From the sequence record DRR723986_8380: a stretch of 20,000 nucleotides of DNA; one strand, 5' to 3'. The translations under genes were made by a program, and so were the position numbers. Positions 15,674 through 20,000 of this stretch are shown here, one piece after another; the first letter of the stretch is position 1; every line of letters starts with the position of its first letter. The notes beneath the pieces are model-generated. The model was not told the DNA's origin, searched no databases, and saw only the letters and a program-made list of their open reading frames with translations.

Positions 15674-15700
15674 AAAAGCCAACTGAAATAGTTGACTTTT
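15674..15700 (-). terminator. Intrinsic terminator between the convergent rhomboid and TlpA genes
   Basis: Minus strand AAAAGTCAACT-atttc-AGTTGGCTTTT with one G-U pair, followed by more T. Possibly bidirectional. Confidence 0.75.
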
Positions 15701-15727
15701 AAAATTTATTAGGAAAGTTGATTTGTA

Positions 15728-16879
15728 TTACTTTTCTAGTAGTTCTTTAACTTTTAATTCTAACGCTTTCCCGCGTAAATTTTTAGCTACTATTACACCT
15801 TCTTCATCTAAAATGTAAGTTGCTGGTATAGAAGTTATATTATATAAACGTGCCACTGGATCGTTAAAATATTGTAAGTGTGATACGTGGTTCCAAGTCA
15901 ATTTATCTTGTTCAACAGCATCTAACCATGCTTTTTTAGGATCTTTTTGTCTACTCGTACCATCTAAAGACACACCAATAATCTCGAGGCCATCATCATG
16001 ATATTGATTGTAAATTCTTACAACGTTAGGGTTTTCTCTTCTGCAAGGACCACACCATTCTGCCCAGAAATCAATTATAGTTACTTTTCCTTTTAACTCA
16101 TCTAAACTAACAATTGTACCATCTGGTTTTGGAGCTTCAAAATTAGGAGCTACTTTACCTACTTCTAAATATGCTGTTTTCTCATATTCTGCATAAATGC
16201 TATCCAATTTTGCTTTTACTTCTTTACCCTTAGGGCTTTCCTTTAAGCTAGACGATAAATTATCGAAAGCTTCCATAAACGCTTTTATATCAAATTTTGG
16301 TTTGTTAGCTTCTAGACCTATTAGGTTTAAACTAAAATAGCTGTCATTGTGTTCTTTTATGAATTTTGCTGGATATGCCAGATATTTTTCACCACTTTTT
16401 TCTAATAGTGTTTTAATAGAATCTTTTTCTGCGATGTCTTCTGCCATATTTAATTTTCTGTAGGCAGCGACTAACTCTCTACTTTCGTCCTGAAATTCTT
16501 TCATACCATTTTGATAGGCAACTAAGTCACTATGAGTTTTAGAGCCTTCCACTTTAGATTCTAACATCATATCCTTATTTACCTCTATATCAATCTCGTT
16601 ATTTTCGACCATAAATAAAAGGTCACCTTCAATATTATCTACAGATAAATAGCGTACTTGAGGATAATCTACTTTTCCAGTCATTGTGAATTTCTCGTCA
16701 AATACTATTGCTGTATCATTTACAATTTCTCGGCCTTTTTCATCAAGACTTTTCATATACACTCTAATACCATTGTAAACACCTTTAGCCGAACCATTAA
16801 TCACGTAATCCGTTCTATTTTCCTGTTTACAACTAATTAGTAAAAGTCCGATAATTGTTAATGTTAGTAGTTTTTTCAT
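15728..16879 (-). CDS. TlpA/AhpC-TSA family thiol-disulfide oxidoreductase lipoprotein (DUF4369-like N-terminus)
   Basis: Lipobox LISC, APNFEAP, IIDFWAEWCGPCRRENP, IPATYILD. TATATTTG -7 element at 16938-16945 on the minus strand. Confidence 0.92.
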   Translation of the reverse strand: MKKLLTLTIIGLLLISCKQENRTDYVINGSAKGVYNGIRVYMKSLDEKGREIVNDTAIVFDEKFTMTGKVDYPQVRYLSVDNIEGDLLFMVENNEIDIEVNKDMMLESKVEGSKTHSDLVAYQNGMKEFQDESRELVAAYRKLNMAEDIAEKDSIKTLLEKSGEKYLAYPAKFIKEHNDSYFSLNLIGLEANKPKFDIKAFMEAFDNLSSSLKESPKGKEVKAKLDSIYAEYEKTAYLEVGKVAPNFEAPKPDGTIVSLDELKGKVTIIDFWAEWCGPCRRENPNVVRIYNQYHDDGLEIIGVSLDGTSRQKDPKKAWLDAVEQDKLTWNHVSHLQYFNDPVARLYNITSIPATYILDEEGVIVAKNLRGKALELKVKELLEK

Positions 16880-17060
16880 AATTTTTCTTTTTTAATAATA
16901 GCTATACATAATTAAATTCTACACTATTATAGGCATGCAAATATAAAAACAATGCTCAAAAATTATTAATTAGGATTGTGAATTAAATCTTAAATTAGTC
17001 TTACATGTAATGGGAACATTCATATATTTTAGAATACTTTTGTATTAAAGTCTTACAAGT

Positions 17061-18449
17061 ATGCATAACGATACCATTGTAGCATTAGCCACACCATCTG
17101 GTAGTGGAGCTATAGCTGTAATTAGATTGTCTGGTAAAGAGGCCATTTCAATTGCAGATAAGCACTTTAGTTCTGTAATAAAGAATAAAAAATTAATTAA
17201 TCAAGATACACACACCATTCACTTAGGCCATATTGTTGATGACAAGCGGACTTTAGATGAGGTTTTGGTTTCGGTATTTAAAAATCCGAATTCGTATACA
17301 GGTGAGGATGTTGTTGAGATTTCTTGTCATGGTTCATCTTACATTCAACAAGAAATTATTCAATTATTCTTAAGAAATGGATGTAGAATGGCCTCAGCAG
17401 GAGAATTTACTTTACGAGCATTTTTGAATGGGAAACTAGATTTAAGTCAGGCTGAAGCTGTTGCAGATTTAATATCTAGTGACAACGAAGCGTCTCATCA
17501 AATTGCGATGCAACAAATGCGTGGTGGATTTTCGTCTGAAATAGCCAGAATACGTGAAGAGCTTTTAAATTTTGCCTCATTAATTGAATTAGAATTAGAT
17601 TTTGCTGAAGAAGATGTTGAGTTTGCGGATAGAAAACAGTTTAAAGATCTCATTGAGCGTATTTTATTCGTTCTAAAGCGACTTATTGATTCATTTGCTG
17701 TGGGTAATGTGATTAAAAACGGAATTCCGGTAGCCATTGTTGGTGAACCAAATGTTGGTAAATCCACACTTCTCAACGCCTTATTAAATGAAGATAGAGC
17801 CATAGTATCTGAAATTGCAGGTACTACAAGAGATACTATAGAAGACGAAATTTCTATAGGCGGCATTGGTTTTAGATTTATAGACACTGCAGGAATACGA
17901 GAAACTGAAGATGTAGTTGAAAGTATTGGAATTAAAAAGACTTTTGAAAAAATAGAGCAATCTCAAGTTACTATCTACTTGTTTGATGCCCAAAAGAATA
18001 TTGAAAACCTCGAAGACGTATGTATTGAGATTGAAAAAATACGAAATAAATATCCTCAGAAGCCACTACTAGTTATTGCTAATAAAATAGATAAACTTGA
18101 TGATATACAGTTAGCCGATATCAATACAACTATTGCAGATGTACTTTTACTTTCTGCGAAAACTGGTTTTGGAGTTGAGCAATTAACTAATTCATTACTG
18201 AATTTAATAAATACGGGTGCATTACGAAATAATGAAACCATAGTCACCAATACACGTCATTACGATGCCTTGTTGAAAGCCTTTGAAGAAGTTCAGAAAG
18301 TACAGCATGGATTAGAAACTGGCTTATCTGGTGATTTATTGGCTATAGATATTCGTCAAGCTTTATATCACTTCGGTGAAATCACTGGAGAGATTACCAC
18401 AGACGACCTTTTAGGTAACATATTTGCTAATTTCTGCATCGGAAAGTAA
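17061..18449 (+). CDS. mnmE: tRNA modification GTPase MnmE
   Basis: DTIVALATP, SYTGEDVVEISCHG, GEPNVGKS, GTTRD, DTAG, NKID and C-terminal FCIGK. TACTTTTG -7 element at 17035-17042. Confidence 0.98.
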   Translation: MHNDTIVALATPSGSGAIAVIRLSGKEAISIADKHFSSVIKNKKLINQDTHTIHLGHIVDDKRTLDEVLVSVFKNPNSYTGEDVVEISCHGSSYIQQEIIQLFLRNGCRMASAGEFTLRAFLNGKLDLSQAEAVADLISSDNEASHQIAMQQMRGGFSSEIARIREELLNFASLIELELDFAEEDVEFADRKQFKDLIERILFVLKRLIDSFAVGNVIKNGIPVAIVGEPNVGKSTLLNALLNEDRAIVSEIAGTTRDTIEDEISIGGIGFRFIDTAGIRETEDVVESIGIKKTFEKIEQSQVTIYLFDAQKNIENLEDVCIEIEKIRNKYPQKPLLVIANKIDKLDDIQLADINTTIADVLLLSAKTGFGVEQLTNSLLNLINTGALRNNETIVTNTRHYDALLKAFEEVQKVQHGLETGLSGDLLAIDIRQALYHFGEITGEITTDDLLGNIFANFCIGK

Positions 18450-18471
18450 AATCCATATATTAAAAGAATAC

Positions 18472-18487
18472 TGTAACATAGGTTACT
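18472..18487. promoter_or_regulatory. Palindromic operator upstream of the TauE gene
   Basis: TGTAAC-ATAG-GTTACT, 21 nt upstream of the -7 element TAGCTTTG (18509-18516). Confidence 0.65.
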
Positions 18488-18538
18488 CATATAAATGGAT
18501 ACATCAACTAGCTTTGACTCGAAACTAACCAATTATAT

Positions 18539-19339
18539 ATGGATTTAAATCAAATATTTGGATATACAGGTGCGCTACTCATTGGTGTGATATTAGGCTT
18601 AATTGGAGGTGGTGGATCAATTCTTACGGTTCCGATTTTGGTTTATTTTTTATTCATAAATCCTGTTACAGCGACAGCTTATTCCTTATTTGTGGTAGGT
18701 GTATCGTCATTAGTAGGTGCGGTAAGAAACATTCAAAAAGGCTTAGTTGATTTTAAAACCGCTATAGTTTTTGCTATTCCGGCATTTATAGCAGTATATA
18801 TAGCCAGAAAATATCTCGTGCCAGCGATTCCGGAAACAGTTTTTACTATTGGAGATTTTTCTGTGACCAAGAACATTGCAATTATGTTATTTTTTGCAAT
18901 GGTTATGTTGGTAGCTTCAATATCCATGATAAGAAATAAACGTCCAGATTCAAATGAGGAATCTGAGATAAACTATAACTATCCATTAATTATTATTGAA
19001 GGCGCTTTAGTTGGCTTGGTTACAGGTATTGTTGGTGCAGGTGGCGGTTTTCTTATTATACCAGCATTGGTGCTACTGGCTAAACTTCCTATGAAAAAGG
19101 CTGTTGCGACATCATTATTAATAATTGCTATAAAATCATTAATTGGTTTTATTGGTGATGTAGAAAATTTAGAAATCGATTGGTCATTTCTACTAGTTTT
19201 TACATCAATTTCTGTAATCGGAATATTCTTAGGTATTTACCTGTCTAACTTCATAGAAGGTAAGAAACTTAAAAAAGGATTTGGATGGTTTGTACTAGTA
19301 ATGGGTATCTACATCATTTATAAAGAGTTAACAATGTAA
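18539..19339 (+). CDS. Sulfite exporter TauE/SafE family protein
   Basis: Hydrophobic protein with duplicated motifs LGLIGGGGSILTVP and GIVGAGGGFLIIPAL, plus AVATSL. Confidence 0.92.
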   Translation: MDLNQIFGYTGALLIGVILGLIGGGGSILTVPILVYFLFINPVTATAYSLFVVGVSSLVGAVRNIQKGLVDFKTAIVFAIPAFIAVYIARKYLVPAIPETVFTIGDFSVTKNIAIMLFFAMVMLVASISMIRNKRPDSNEESEINYNYPLIIIEGALVGLVTGIVGAGGGFLIIPALVLLAKLPMKKAVATSLLIIAIKSLIGFIGDVENLEIDWSFLLVFTSISVIGIFLGIYLSNFIEGKKLKKGFGWFVLVMGIYIIYKELTM

Positions 19340-19350
19340 CCTTTGTTACA
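19335..19350. promoter_or_regulatory. Palindromic operator upstream of the MBL hydrolase gene
   Basis: Perfect TGTAAC-CTTT-GTTACA overlapping the TauE stop codon; same motif as 18472-18487. Confidence 0.65.
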
Positions 19351-19412
19351 ACACATATCTTAAAACATAATTATTTTCATGCCTGATTAGTTTAATATTA
19401 ACCAAAGAACAT

Positions 19413-20000
19413 ATGAAAATAGAACAAATTTATACAGGCTGTTTAGCGCATGCCGCTTACTATTTAGAAAGTAAGGGTGAAGCAGCTATATTCGATCCAT
19501 TACGTGAAGTTCAACCATATATTAAAAGAGCAAAATTAGATGATGTTAAAATCAAATATATTTTTGAAACACACTTTCATGCCGATTTTGTTTCTGGGCA
19601 TTTAGATCTTAAAGAAAAAACAGGCGCAAGTATTGTATTTGGACCAACTGCAAAACCAAATTATGACGCTATCGTAGCAAAAGATAACCAGATATTTACT
19701 GTTGGTGATTATAAAGTAAAAGTGTTGCATACGCCTGGTCATACCATGGAAAGTACAACCTATTTATTAATTGATGAAAAAGGAAACGAACACGGTATAA
19801 TTACAGGAGATACTTTGTTTATTGGAGATGTAGGTAGACCTGATTTAGCACAGAAAGTAGTTGCAGAATTAACACAAGAAAAACTGGCATCGCATTTATA
19901 TGATTCTTTGCGAAATAAGATTATGCCTTTAAGTGATGAGTTAATTGTATATCCTAATCATGGTGCAGGTTCTGCTTGTGGTAAAAATATGAGCAAGGAA
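19413..20000 (+). CDS. MBL-fold metallo-hydrolase, persulfide dioxygenase-like, 5' part (runs off the right edge)
   Basis: Manual translation: MKIEQIYTGCLAHAAYY...DPLRE...ETHFHADFVSG...HTPGHT...TGDTLFIGDVGRPDL...YPNHGAGSACGKNMS. These are motifs of the CstB/Blh-type PDO group, often fused to rhodanese. Confidence 0.92.
   Translation, partial: MKIEQIYTGCLAHAAYYLESKGEAAIFDPLREVQPYIKRAKLDDVKIKYIFETHFHADFVSGHLDLKEKTGASIVFGPTAKPNYDAIVAKDNQIFTVGDYKVKVLHTPGHTMESTTYLLIDEKGNEHGIITGDTLFIGDVGRPDLAQKVVAELTQEKLASHLYDSLRNKIMPLSDELIVYPNHGAGSACGKNMSKE

Noticed and set aside
4656-18927. Antisense/shadow ORFs 4656..4871, 6022..6246, 6940..7125, 10266..10505, 14991..15188, 16658..16840, 17498..17887, 17784..17993, 18056..18250, 18733..18927
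   Set aside because: All lie opposite well-supported genes and have no recognisable motifs.

Overview
AT-rich chromosomal window, most likely from a Flavobacteriaceae (Bacteroidota) genome; this is inferred from gene content and repeated TAnnTTTG -7 promoter elements. Most of it is housekeeping: 5' part of uvrA, ATP-grasp protein, AlkD-like repair protein, tricorn-like S41 protease, ggt, acpH, glmM, class V PLP enzyme, lipid A late acyltransferase, rhomboid, TlpA-like lipoprotein, mnmE, TauE exporter and the 5' part of a persulfide-dioxygenase-like MBL hydrolase. The standout region is 2372-3797. A stand-alone 98-aa GIY-YIG nuclease gene sits among seven GC-rich, YGTCA-tagged palindromic repeats. 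These show compensatory stem changes, inverted REPIN-like pairing and a bias for lying directly after TAA. This looks like a nuclease plus its cognate hairpin repeat (Ssn/CGTC-REP-like), with no transposase present. Secondary signals are a G-U-rich structured RNA candidate at about 1615-1771 and a repeated GTAAC-N4-GTTAC operator upstream of both sulfur-detox genes. All annotation is by eye; no database searches were run.
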